Positions 1-8,090 of a DNA stretch of 30,025 nucleotides are shown here, in pieces. This stretch comes from a virus (lineage: Duplodnaviria > Caudoviricetes). Position 1 is the first letter of the stretch, and each line of letters opens with the position of its first letter. The notes under the pieces were generated by a model. That model was not told the origin of the DNA, made no database searches, and was given only the letters and a program-made list of their open reading frames with translations. The translations under genes and the position numbers were made by a program. Location of the stretch: positions 1-30,025 of the IMG/VR virus record IMGVR_UViG_3300037440_000408. The stretch is one strand, 5' to 3'.

Positions 1-75
1 ATGTCCGGTGGTGTCCGTTTTGGGAAAAATGGTGCCTTGACCTGCGGAAACGCAGCGTAGAGCGCCTGACCTGCG

Positions 76-237
76 TCATCGGGGGTCAGCCCCAATCATG
101 AAGGCTATGGTGCCGCCGGCTGCGATGAGTGCGACCCATGCCACCGTCCCGTTCTCTGTGGTGGCGGCGGCGATCATCAGCACCACCGTGCAGGCGATCA
201 GCGTGGACAGAATGATCCCGTAGTCTCGCTCCCGCAT
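76..237 (-). CDS. small membrane protein (two hydrophobic segments)
   Basis: MRERDYGIILSTLIACTVVLMIAAA...VAWVALIAAGGTIAFMIG; ATG at 237, just after the HNH stop. Confidence 0.6.
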   Translation of the reverse strand: MRERDYGIILSTLIACTVVLMIAAATTENGTVAWVALIAAGGTIAFMIGADPR

Positions 238-239
238 GG

Positions 240-506
240 CTACCACCTGGTCCTCGGCCGGGGTTGCGGGTCGTGCCGGCGGGGGTCCCCGATCCGCTGA
301 TTGCAGGGCCGGCAGCTGGCGACCATGCGGGCCGGGTTGTCGCCGCCGGGCTGCCAGCCGTCCAGGTGGTGAGCTTCGGTTGCCCGGGCGGTACACACCC
401 CAGGTAGCCGGACCATGCAGCGCCAGCCGTCCCGCCGCAGCACCAGGAGGCGGATCCGGCGGCTGGCGCGGGTGCTGCCGCGGGGGCTACCCCTGCGTGG
501 TGGCAT
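240..506 (-). CDS. HNH endonuclease (terminase-associated type)
   Basis: VLRRDGWRC...C...ATEAHH...NPARMVASCRPCN motif; 88 aa; lies near the genome end. Confidence 0.85.
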   Translation of the reverse strand: MPPRRGSPRGSTRASRRIRLLVLRRDGWRCMVRLPGVCTARATEAHHLDGWQPGGDNPARMVASCRPCNQRIGDPRRHDPQPRPRTRW

Positions 507-930
507 CGTCGGCCTCCCCGCGCCGGGCGGCCGCCTTCACGAGCACCTCCAGCTCATCGATGCACACGTGGCTGTCGTCGCCCAACAGCGACCAGGTGAT
601 CAGGTCACCTGGGTCGATCAGGATGGCGAACCGTTCGTCCGGTTCCCAGTCGCAGTCACCGCCGGCACGGTTGTCCAGGTAGACCACGCCGTCCGTGGTC
701 AGCGCGGTTATGGCCCACTCGTCGGCCTGCTCGGCGAGCACCACACCGACCTGCCAGCCCTCGACCGGTGGTGGCGCGGCGGCCAGCGCCCGCTCGGCGC
801 CGTCGATCAGCGCCGGGTCGGCCTGCACGCTGTCCCACGCGTCCGGGGTGTTGACCTCGGAGCTGGCCTCGGCGCAGCCGGCCGCGATGAGCGCGGCGAG
901 CGCGAGCAGCAGTACGTTCCGTCTACGCAT
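487..930 (-). CDS. putative lipoprotein
   Basis: MRRRNVLLLALAALIAAG-C: basic N-region, hydrophobic core and lipobox Cys; acidic mature domain. Confidence 0.7.
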   Translation of the reverse strand: MRRRNVLLLALAALIAAGCAEASSEVNTPDAWDSVQADPALIDGAERALAAAPPPVEGWQVGVVLAEQADEWAITALTTDGVVYLDNRAGGDCDWEPDERFAILIDPGDLITWSLLGDDSHVCIDELEVLVKAAARRGEADDATTQG

Positions 931-1291
931 TGTCGGCCTCCTTGCGCCCGCTGGCGCGGGCCCACCACCCGCGCGGGGTGGCATCTCTCAACTTGCGGTA
1001 GGTGCCGCCGTACTCGTCGCTGACCTTCACGAGCTGCCCGGTGGCCAGCCCCTGCTCGATCAGCTTGCGCCATGCCGCCTGCTCAAGGTCGCGAGACGGG
1101 GTGCGCGGTGGCCACGGGTCCTGGCCATCGAGGATCCACTGGGCGACCGTCACCAGGTCGACCGGGTCGACCGGCCCGGTTGTCAGCGGGCCGCGGACGG
1201 CCAGGACGGTCCGGGCCTCGCGGAGTGCTTCGGCCCGGGCGCGCTGAAGGATGCCCAGGCTCGGCTCGGTAGGGGTTGCGGTGGTGGTCAT
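923..1291 (-). CDS. hypothetical protein
   Basis: Strong SD (AAGGAGGAG) before ATG at 1291; overlaps the next gene. Confidence 0.7.
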   Translation of the reverse strand: MTTTATPTEPSLGILQRARAEALREARTVLAVRGPLTTGPVDPVDLVTVAQWILDGQDPWPPRTPSRDLEQAAWRKLIEQGLATGQLVKVSDEYGGTYRKLRDATPRGWWARASGRKEADNA

Positions 1292-1313
1292 GATCTCCTC
1301 CTTAGGGTTGGGT

Positions 1314-1348
1314 GCCGGCCCGGGCGAGCTTGGTGCGCCCGGGCCGGC
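1314..1348 (-). promoter_or_regulatory. perfect 13-bp intergenic hairpin upstream of an SD
   Basis: GCCGGCCCGGGCG-CACCAAGCT-CGCCCGGGCCGGC on the minus strand. Confidence 0.55.
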
Positions 1349-1355
1349 GGTTTGG

Positions 1356-1691
1356 TCAGAACAGTGCAGGCTCAGGTTCGCCAGCGAACCGCATACCGTG
1401 GCCAGCGACGGCCTCCCGGTCACAGACCGCGAGGTAGGTCGCCCGATCCTCCGGACGCTTGCGCTTGATGCAGGCGTACTCGCGCGCCGCCCTGTACCAG
1501 CGGGCCAGCCGCATCACCTCGTCGAAGTACGCCGCGTACGTAGCCTGGTTCCACTGCTTCGGCGGTAGCGCCTCGCAGTACGTGTAATGCGGCCGGACCT
1601 GGATCGGCGGGTCCGGGTGCCCGTACTTGGCGCGGATGCTCAGGTAGGCGTCTCGGTAGACGTCAACCAGGGCGGGTCCCGTGTCGCTCAT
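1356..1691 (-). CDS. hypothetical protein
   Basis: MSDTGPALVDVYRDAY...; ATGA coupling with the upstream gene; globular composition. Confidence 0.7.
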   Translation of the reverse strand: MSDTGPALVDVYRDAYLSIRAKYGHPDPPIQVRPHYTYCEALPPKQWNQATYAAYFDEVMRLARWYRAAREYACIKRKRPEDRATYLAVCDREAVAGHGMRFAGEPEPALF

Positions 1692-2056
1692 GCGATGATC
1701 TTCCTTCCTTGCCGTGGGTTTACCTGGTACTCGCGGGACTCGTCCACCTGGTCGGCGATGACCTCCCGGGCGTCGGCGATGGCCCGGCTGGAGTCGATCC
1801 ACTCGCGCAGGTCCGTCACGCCCGCCTCCCGCATCTGGGTGGCCAGCTCCCCGAAGTTGCGCGCGCCGCTGGCCTCCATGGCGTCGGCCAGTAGTGCGGC
1901 GCCGCCGGCCTGCTCGTGCTCCTCCCCGGGCGACCCGATCGCGTCGGGTCGCCCAGTGGTCGCCACCGTGACTTGCAGCTTCCCTCCGGTACGCTGCGCC
2001 AACTCGTCGGCGATCTCTCCCAGCAGCTTGAGCAGCGTGGGCGTGCTCTCTTTCAT
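1688..2056 (-). CDS. hypothetical protein
   Basis: MKESTPTLLKLLGE...; SD-like AAGGA; ATGA overlaps at both ends. Confidence 0.7.
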   Translation of the reverse strand: MKESTPTLLKLLGEIADELAQRTGGKLQVTVATTGRPDAIGSPGEEHEQAGGAALLADAMEASGARNFGELATQMREAGVTDLREWIDSSRAIADAREVIADQVDESREYQVNPRQGRKIIA

Positions 2057-2472
2057 GATCCTTTCCTTTCCCCGCCGCTCGGTGCGGCGGAAGTCTTGGC
2101 TTTGCGACTCCGCAGCGGGCAGCGCGTCGCGGTCGGTCCGGCGGTAGCTTTGTGGGTGGTGCGCCAGTACGTCGGCGAATGTGTGCAGAGCTGGCATGCC
2201 AGTATCAGAGGCTCACCTGCTTTACCGGGTGCTCGCTGGCCGCAGCACGGGATGCCGGGCGAGCCCCCGGTCTCACCGGTCCGTGCAGCCGGCGGTTCCG
2301 CGACCGGTTGTGCATACACCGGGTTGGGGCGACCTTCAGCACAGATCTTGTGGCAGGGTCGCCCGTCGTCGTCGCGTAGTAGCGCGGGCTTCCTGCACAG
2401 CCGGCACGGGAGCGGCTTCCCACCCCAGTGGCGCCGGTCGCCCCAGTCCAGGAGTGGGCTGGTGTCACTCAT
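2053..2472 (-). CDS. Cys-rich putative zinc-binding protein
   Basis: CRLC, CHKIC, CC and CQLC motifs; coupled to neighbours. Confidence 0.6.
   Translation of the reverse strand: MSDTSPLLDWGDRRHWGGKPLPCRLCRKPALLRDDDGRPCHKICAEGRPNPVYAQPVAEPPAARTGETGGSPGIPCCGQRAPGKAGEPLILACQLCTHSPTYWRTTHKATAGPTATRCPLRSRKAKTSAAPSGGERKGS
2068..2096. repeat. 29-bp hairpin repeat, copy 1
   Basis: ttccccgccgctcggtgcggcggaagtct; 28/29 identical to 2486-2514. Confidence 0.85.
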
Positions 2473-2671
2473 TGTTCTTCTCCGGTTCCCCGCCGCTCAG
2501 TGCGGCGGAAGTCTGTCGTAGCCGGCGGGCGTGGCGGGCGGCGAGCCCGTGCCGGCGCCGGCGGGTGTGGTCGAGCTGGGCGTCCCGCAGGGCCTGGATC
2601 CGGGCGGTCCGGCGCTCGGCGATCCGGGCCAGCTCGGCGGTCAGCGCGTCCGGGCTTATATTGACGCTCAT
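2465..2671 (-). CDS. small basic hypothetical protein
   Basis: MSVNISPDALTAELARIAERR...; SD-like GAAGG; overlaps the next gene. Confidence 0.6.
   Translation of the reverse strand: MSVNISPDALTAELARIAERRTARIQALRDAQLDHTRRRRHGLAARHARRLRQTSAALSGGEPEKNNE
2486..2514. repeat. 29-bp hairpin repeat, copy 2
   Basis: ttccccgccgctcagtgcggcggaagtct. Confidence 0.85.
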
Positions 2672-2810
2672 GGTGTGCCTTCTGGGGTGTGCCGGGTGTG
2701 CCGTTCCTTAAGGAACGGGAACGGCACGGCACACCCCGCACCCCCACTAGAAGGGGTGGTGTGCCGGCACATGTGCCGCACACGGCACACCATCTGTGAC
2801 CTGCATAGAT
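2672..2810. other. putative replication origin (iteron-like array)
   Basis: GTGTGCC/GGCACAC repeats in both orientations around the 18-bp palindrome ccgttccttaaggaacgg (2701-2718); directly downstream of the helicase. Confidence 0.55.
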
Positions 2811-3923
2811 TCACTGTTGCGTCACCCGCCAGAACTTGGTTCCGTGCTGACCCTGGTCAAACTCGTCGACCAGCCCGCGCGAGACAAGATCGGCACACCC
2901 TTTCGAGATGGTCGGGCGCGTCAGCCCATGGCCGTACTTCGATGCGATGGCGTCGCCGATGGTCTGCACGGACAGTGGTCCGCCGGCTTCGGTCAGGACC
3001 GCCAGGATCTTCCGGACGGCCGGCCGGAGCCGCTCCGGGCCGTCCGTGTCGTCGCCACCGTCCTCAACCTCGGTGGCCTCCACTGCGTAGCGCAGCGGCG
3101 AGTTGAGGTCGACCGGGTCGTCGGCGTGGATTCGCCGCACCACCCGCAGCCGGCCACCGGGGATGCTGCCGCCGATCGCGTCCAACTCGGTGATGACGGT
3201 GGTCTCCCGGGTCTCCGGGTCGACCCGCCGGCTGACCACGTGGGCGGAGATCAGCACCCGTCCCCACTCGGCCGGACCCGCGCCGCTGATCCGCGACGCG
3301 CCGCGGCCTTCCTTCCGATTCTGGTGGTGGACCAGCCACAGCCCCGACGTGGCGGCCTGGCACAGGTGCTGGGCGGCTTCGAGCATGCCGCCCATGGCGT
3401 ACAGGTCGCTGCCCTTGGCGCCGCGCGCGGCCAGGTACAGCGGGTCGAGCGCGCTCATGACCGGCCGGAGCTTGCCCAGCTGCTCGGCCATCAGCGCGAG
3501 ATGTACGGCGTCGGCCAGGTGCGGCACCCGGGCGCAGATCGTGATCGGCAGGTCGTCGGCGACCAGGTCGCGGCTGGCGCAGACGGCGTCGATGCGGCGC
3601 AGTAGGTCGGCTTCTCCACCTTCACCTGCGAACCACAGGACCGGACCGGCCAGGTCGACCGGGATGGCGCCGAGCCACGGCTGGCCGGCGGCGATCGACA
3701 CCATGGCGTCGACCGTGTTCCACGACTTCTGTGCCTTGGCGTCGCCGGCGTGGACGCCGTAGTCGCCGGCGGGCCAGTAGCCGCGTAGCAGGAACCGGCG
3801 GGGGCCGGCGGCGTCGACTCGCGCGCGTAGCTCCTTCATGCTGAAGAACTGCAGCGGCGCGGGGGCGTCGTCCTGGTCGACCCGCTCGGCCCGGGCCTGG
3901 AAGCTGTCTGCCGGGTCGGTCAC
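2811..3923 (-). CDS. RepA-like (AAA_25) helicase/ATPase with C-terminal winged HTH
   Basis: Walker A-like GDAKAQKS, FAGEG, Walker B-like ALDPL, LVHH..K, ISGAG; GTG start overlaps the Prim-Pol stop. Confidence 0.8.
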   Translation of the reverse strand: MTDPADSFQARAERVDQDDAPAPLQFFSMKELRARVDAAGPRRFLLRGYWPAGDYGVHAGDAKAQKSWNTVDAMVSIAAGQPWLGAIPVDLAGPVLWFAGEGGEADLLRRIDAVCASRDLVADDLPITICARVPHLADAVHLALMAEQLGKLRPVMSALDPLYLAARGAKGSDLYAMGGMLEAAQHLCQAATSGLWLVHHQNRKEGRGASRISGAGPAEWGRVLISAHVVSRRVDPETRETTVITELDAIGGSIPGGRLRVVRRIHADDPVDLNSPLRYAVEATEVEDGGDDTDGPERLRPAVRKILAVLTEAGGPLSVQTIGDAIASKYGHGLTRPTISKGCADLVSRGLVDEFDQGQHGTKFWRVTQQ

Positions 3924-4873
3924 TTCGGCGCCTCCCGCGGTTCGGCCATACCGTTGCGGAGGCCCGACAGGATGGTTTTGATCGTCTCGGTTTCGCCGAG
4001 CCCGGTGGCGGCGGCAGCGCGGTGTAGTTCTAGCCGGACGGTGTGCTCCTCGAGGAGCCCGGCGCCGACTAGTTGACCGAGGCTGAACGCGGACCGGTTG
4101 AGCTGGTCGTTGCGGCCCGGCTCGCGGGCGGCGGCGACCGCGGCGGTCTCTTTCTCCAGCGCGGCGGCGGCGTACCTGTCGCTGGGGGGTCGCCGCGGCC
4201 CGGTGTATTCCTTCGGCTTGGGCCGGACAGGCTCGGTCAGCCGGGTCAGCAGCGGGTGCCACGGGGCGGGCTGGTCGAAGAAGTTGACCCACTCGTAGGT
4301 GCCGCCGCTGGCGTGCCCGGACGGGGCGGCCACTACGTAGTGCCCGCGGCCGCGCACGTCCAGGCCGAGCATGTCGGGGCCGAAGCAGTCTGCGCCGCCT
4401 TTCACCCCACCGTCGGGGGCGGCGTACAGGTAGTGCATGCCACCGGATCCGGTGCGCTGCCGGAGGGTGCTGGCCAGGTCGACACCCTTGCCGAGCATGT
4501 AGCCGCGGAGCCGCGCCCAGGACTGGTCACCGCCGTGGCGGGGGTCCACGTCGAGCACCGCGAGCCCGTTGCCGTCGGCCGGTAGCCCGATGTGCGCCAG
4601 CGGGTGGCGGGTCCACCAGTTGGCGAGGGTGTCCGGGTCGCTGGTGGCGTCGTACAGGCCGTGGCCGAGCCGTCCGCATTGGCCGCGGCAGGTTGCCCGT
4701 TCCGGGGAGTCGGCCGGGTGCGCCGGTGGGTGCAGGGGGTGTTTCCCTGGCGATTTGCAGGCCGGCCCAGCGTGACAGGCGCAGATTCCGGCCTCGACCC
4801 ACCAGACGGGGAACACCTTCCACTCTGCGTGTGCGTAGGTCCGCGCCATGGCCGCATTGGTGGTCTCGCTCAT
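3920..4873 (-). CDS. bifunctional DNA primase/polymerase (Prim-Pol)
   Basis: WKVFP, C-x-C...PGKHP, VLDVDPRHGG, TGSGGMHYLY, GLDVRGRGHYVVAAPS, PGRNDQLN. Confidence 0.92.
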   Translation of the reverse strand: MSETTNAAMARTYAHAEWKVFPVWWVEAGICACHAGPACKSPGKHPLHPPAHPADSPERATCRGQCGRLGHGLYDATSDPDTLANWWTRHPLAHIGLPADGNGLAVLDVDPRHGGDQSWARLRGYMLGKGVDLASTLRQRTGSGGMHYLYAAPDGGVKGGADCFGPDMLGLDVRGRGHYVVAAPSGHASGGTYEWVNFFDQPAPWHPLLTRLTEPVRPKPKEYTGPRRPPSDRYAAAALEKETAAVAAAREPGRNDQLNRSAFSLGQLVGAGLLEEHTVRLELHRAAAATGLGETETIKTILSGLRNGMAEPREAPK

Positions 4874-5313
4874 CCCGTCACCCCCAACCGGCGCCGGTAC
4901 GCCCGCTGCCGGCACGCTGGCGAGCAGTAGCGGCCATCGGAGCGTGGCGGGGTGAACGGGTCGCCGCAGTGCTCGCAGGGCCGGACGCGGCGGCTGGATC
5001 GGATGCGAAAGCGCGCCGTCTCTGCCTGCCGGCAGCGCTGAGTGCAGTACCGCCGGCCCCACCGCGTGTGGCTGTAGTGGACTGTCCGGCCGCACCCGAC
5101 GCAACGGCTGGACCTCCAGCCGTAACTGCTCTTGTAGTGTGCGGTGGCGCAGGTCTGGCAGAGCAGCAGCAGCTTGAACCCTTCGTTGATCCTCATGTAC
5201 TGGGATTGCCAGCGGTAGAGGTCGGCCACCGGCTGCCCGCAGTGTCCGCACGTTACGGGTGTCGGGATCGGGGATTTCCCCGATACGGCATGCGTAACGC
5301 TTCCCGCGCTCAT
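4870..5313 (-). CDS. multi-zinc-finger protein
   Basis: CGHC, CQTC, CVGC, YCTQRC, CEHC, YCSPACRQRAYR. Confidence 0.7.
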   Translation of the reverse strand: MSAGSVTHAVSGKSPIPTPVTCGHCGQPVADLYRWQSQYMRINEGFKLLLLCQTCATAHYKSSYGWRSSRCVGCGRTVHYSHTRWGRRYCTQRCRQAETARFRIRSSRRVRPCEHCGDPFTPPRSDGRYCSPACRQRAYRRRLGVTG

Positions 5314-5675
5314 GGCGCGGCGCCGTTCACTTGCGACACGTGTCGCGACTGAACAGTGCCATCCTGCTGTTCTTGCCGTTCACTTACGACATCTGGCGCG
5401 ACTGAACAGCTAGAACAGCTGTAGTTGTGCAGGGCCAGATGGACCCAGCCGACCGACCGGCCGTAGCCGTGGTCGACCAGCCAGGCCACGATCTGCCGCA
5501 CCGACATGCCCTCGTGGCGGCGGGCGTGCACTGCGGATACCAGTAGCAGCCGATCGTCATCGGAGGGTCGGCCGTACCCGTCGCGCTTGTTCCACCGCTG
5601 TATCGTCCGCTGGCTCACGGCCAGCATCTGTGCCAGAGCTGCGCTGGAGACCTTGTAGTTCGGTCGGCTACTCAT
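5310..5675 (-). CDS. HTH DNA-binding protein
   Basis: SAALAQMLAVSQRTIQRW and a second HTH-like GMSVRQIVAWL...RSVGWVH. Confidence 0.65.
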   Translation of the reverse strand: MSSRPNYKVSSAALAQMLAVSQRTIQRWNKRDGYGRPSDDDRLLLVSAVHARRHEGMSVRQIVAWLVDHGYGRSVGWVHLALHNYSCSSCSVAPDVVSERQEQQDGTVQSRHVSQVNGAAP

Positions 5676-6253
5676 GGCGCAGCCGCCAGCGACCACCGGC
5701 CGTCGACGCACGCGAACAGCTCCCCGTCGGCTGGCTCGGTCGGAACCTGGTTGCCCCATGCGCTCCACCCGAACCCGGGGGTGCGTGCGAACAGCTCCAC
5801 GTACGGCCCGGGTGAGACCTGCTCGACCAGCCGCATGAAGTGCGCCGGCTTGGCGGAGTGCCGCCCGCGTGGCCACTCGTACCAGGTGGAGATGGGCTTG
5901 TGCGCCGGTGTGACCGGCCGCCCGCGGGTGGCGAGGATCGCGTGCTCCGTGTTGTTCCGCAGGTAGTGCCCCACCCCGGGCTGCGGCTTGCACCAGGTGA
6001 GCATGGTGACCGGCCGGAACCCCCAGGCCCGGGCGACCTGGTGCGCCTCCTCAACCATCGAGTTGATCGCCCAGAGCCACAGGTGCGCGTCGGGTGCGGC
6101 CAGCGACTCCACCGGCATGTCGAGGATCTCGGCCAGCGGCATGGTCTGGTAGAACCTGCCAGCGTTCGCTTTGGTGGCCGCTGCGTGCGGGAGCGCCCAC
6201 GGCGGATCCGCCACGATGGTGCCGTACGGCGGGTGCAGGTCGGTGAGCTTCAT
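5672..6253 (-). CDS. MT-A70 family N6-adenine methyltransferase
   Basis: TIVADPPW, LWLW, WGF...LTWCK, G-H-YLRNNTEH, HSAKP, ELFAR, WGNQ. Confidence 0.92.
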   Translation of the reverse strand: MKLTDLHPPYGTIVADPPWALPHAAATKANAGRFYQTMPLAEILDMPVESLAAPDAHLWLWAINSMVEEAHQVARAWGFRPVTMLTWCKPQPGVGHYLRNNTEHAILATRGRPVTPAHKPISTWYEWPRGRHSAKPAHFMRLVEQVSPGPYVELFARTPGFGWSAWGNQVPTEPADGELFACVDGRWSLAAAP

Positions 6254-6453
6254 CCGGCACGCTCCAGCGCGCCGGCGCAGATCTTGCACTGGAGATGCGA
6301 AAACCAGGGCTTGCCGGCGGCGATCGCCCGGCCGCGGCTGGCTCGCTCGGCGGCGGTGCCGTGGATCAGGCTGTCGGTGATGGTCGGTACAGTGACGGTC
6401 GAGCCGTCGTCTGGCTCGCCACCGCCGGCCGGAGCCACCCGGCCGGCGTTCAT
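6250..6453 (-). CDS. hypothetical protein
   Basis: GGAGG upstream; ATGA overlaps on both sides. Confidence 0.5.
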   Translation of the reverse strand: MNAGRVAPAGGGEPDDGSTVTVPTITDSLIHGTAAERASRGRAIAAGKPWFSHLQCKICAGALERAG

Positions 6454-6737
6454 GTCTTCGCCTCCACCCGCTTGGCGGTCTTGGCGCGCGTCTTGGCCGA
6501 GTTGAGCGCCATGCGCCGGTAGTGGGCGGAGCGCAGGTTGGTGGCGACCCTGGCCAGGAACGCGGGGCCGGCGTCGGGGTGTAGCTCCCTCGCCTTGGCG
6601 AGGTACCGGTCTTCGGCCGCCTTCCGGGCCTCGGCGGTGGCCGCGCGCCGTTCGGCGGGGGTCAGCCGTGCCCATTTCTCGTCCGCGGCCAGGCCGGCGA
6701 CCATGACACGAATCGCGGGCGGGGGGAGGTTCCGCAT
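6450..6737 (-). CDS. basic helical hypothetical protein, first gene of the early operon
   Basis: SD GGAGAG before ATG at 6737; WA...R..AT..AR...HYRRMALNSAKTR pattern recalled from actinobacterial mobile elements. Confidence 0.7.
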   Translation of the reverse strand: MRNLPPPAIRVMVAGLAADEKWARLTPAERRAATAEARKAAEDRYLAKARELHPDAGPAFLARVATNLRSAHYRRMALNSAKTRAKTAKRVEAKT

Positions 6738-6911
6738 CGTCTCTCCGTAGCGGGTCAGATACCCGCTACGGCGGTGCTGCGCTCTTGTCACGCCATCCGT
6801 GCACGTGTAACGTCTGCGCAGTCCGGACCCTAACGGGATCGGTCTACAGGCCCCGGTGCGCGGTCTTCTTTTGCAGGTCGGCCGCGTGCCGGGGTGCCTC
6901 ATGTGAGGCTC
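6738..6911 (-). promoter_or_regulatory. long structured 5' leader of the early operon
   Basis: Stem-loops at about 6849-6898 and 6820-6845, and a perfect 11-bp stem at 6745-6771 overlapping the SD. Confidence 0.55.
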
Positions 6912-6917
6912 TGGAGA

Positions 6918-6945
6918 AGCTTACGCGTGCGCTGTCCCGTGTCAA
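6918..6945 (-). promoter_or_regulatory. sigma-A-type promoter of the early/replication operon
   Basis: TTGACA (6945-6940) - 16 nt - TAAGCT (6923-6918). Confidence 0.65.
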
Positions 6946-7068
6946 ACATCCCTCTGACCTGCGAAAGCACACCGACGTAAGATTCGCTACCAGCTTGTCC
7001 GCAGGTCAGCCGACGCCCTTTATCCACGCTGGTGGATACCGCCTGGTTGGACCTTGCTCGAAACTCCC

Positions 7069-7111
7069 AAAAAACTGTGACTGCCGCCACACCCTGTGGC
7101 GGCAGTCACAG
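7069..7111 (-). terminator. intrinsic terminator after the integrase
   Basis: Perfect 16-bp stem CTGTGACTGCCGCCAC/GTGGCGGCAGTCACAG followed by T6 on the minus strand. Confidence 0.85.
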
Positions 7112-7120
7112 ACAAACGTG

Positions 7121-8014
7121 CTATAACCGGTCCCCAGGCGAGTAGTTCCGGTGTGCCTCTCGCGCCCGGGACGCACCCAGCGCCGCCGCATAGCGATCGA
7201 GCATTTGGCGGCTGCGCCAGCCGGTCAGCCGCATCAGATCCCCCTCGCCGCCGCCGCCGCGTAGCCAGGCATCGGCCATGTAGTGGCGGAGCTGGTGCGG
7301 GTGCAGCGCCGGTACCACCCCGGCCTGCCGGGACCGGCGGATCAGGATCTGCCGGACCCCGGAGGTGGTGAGCGGACCGGCCAGGCCGAGCCACAGCGCG
7401 TCCAGGCCCGCCCGGGGGTGCCGCGCGCGCGAGCGTAGGTACCGGTCGGCTGCGGCGGCCGCCTTCCTGCCGATCGGCACACCCCTCGGCCGGCGGCCCT
7501 TGCCCAGCACGAGCACCACCTGATCGTCAAGGTTCAGGTCCTCCAGGCCCATGCCGACCAGCTCCGAGCAGCGCAGCCCGGCATCGGCCAGTACGTACAG
7601 GATGGCGCTGTCGCGCCGCTGGTCGTACCCCTTGCCCTCGCAGCAGCGCAGCAGCGCCCGGATCGTCTCCGGGGTGGGAACGTCCACCAGCTTCTCCGGT
7701 ACGGCCGGCTGGCGGATGCCGGCTGCCGGGTTGGTGGGGATCTCCTCCTCCGCGTGCAGCCACGCCAGCCACTGGCGGACCCCGGAGTAGTGCCGCACCA
7801 CGGTCTGCGCCGAGACCCGGTCCAGCTCGACGGCCAGCCACTGGCGGACGTGGTGGCGGGTCACCGCGGTCACCGAGCCGATGCCCTCGCTCCGGCACCA
7901 GAGCGCGAACCGGTCGACGCTCTCCATGTAGGCACGGGTGGTCGCCTCGGTGCGGTTGCGGATGCGCAGCTCCCGCCGGAAGCTGGCGGCCAGTAACTCG
8001 AAGTCGTCTCCCAT
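7121..8014 (-). CDS. int: tyrosine integrase (short, XerC-like)
   Basis: GLR.SEL, GKG, HQLRH, GW, RY catalytic set; adjacent to attP. Confidence 0.95.
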   Translation of the reverse strand: MGDDFELLAASFRRELRIRNRTEATTRAYMESVDRFALWCRSEGIGSVTAVTRHHVRQWLAVELDRVSAQTVVRHYSGVRQWLAWLHAEEEIPTNPAAGIRQPAVPEKLVDVPTPETIRALLRCCEGKGYDQRRDSAILYVLADAGLRCSELVGMGLEDLNLDDQVVLVLGKGRRPRGVPIGRKAAAAADRYLRSRARHPRAGLDALWLGLAGPLTTSGVRQILIRRSRQAGVVPALHPHQLRHYMADAWLRGGGGEGDLMRLTGWRSRQMLDRYAAALGASRAREAHRNYSPGDRL

Positions 8015-8027
8015 GCCGGCTAGCTTA
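8015..8027 (-). promoter_or_regulatory. -10 element for a probable leaderless int transcript
   Basis: TAAGCT 7 nt before the ATG; no SD. Confidence 0.5.
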
Positions 8028-8090
8028 TGCGCTGTGCTCAGGCTATGCTGACCGGGTGGGACGAGCAGACGGGCTGTTTCGGCTGGTCAG

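Noticed and set aside
3924-5251. Extended N-termini of the helicase (to 4292) and Prim-Pol (to 5251) in the ORF track
   Set aside because: They overlap upstream genes and are low-complexity; coupled starts at 3923 and 4873 fit better
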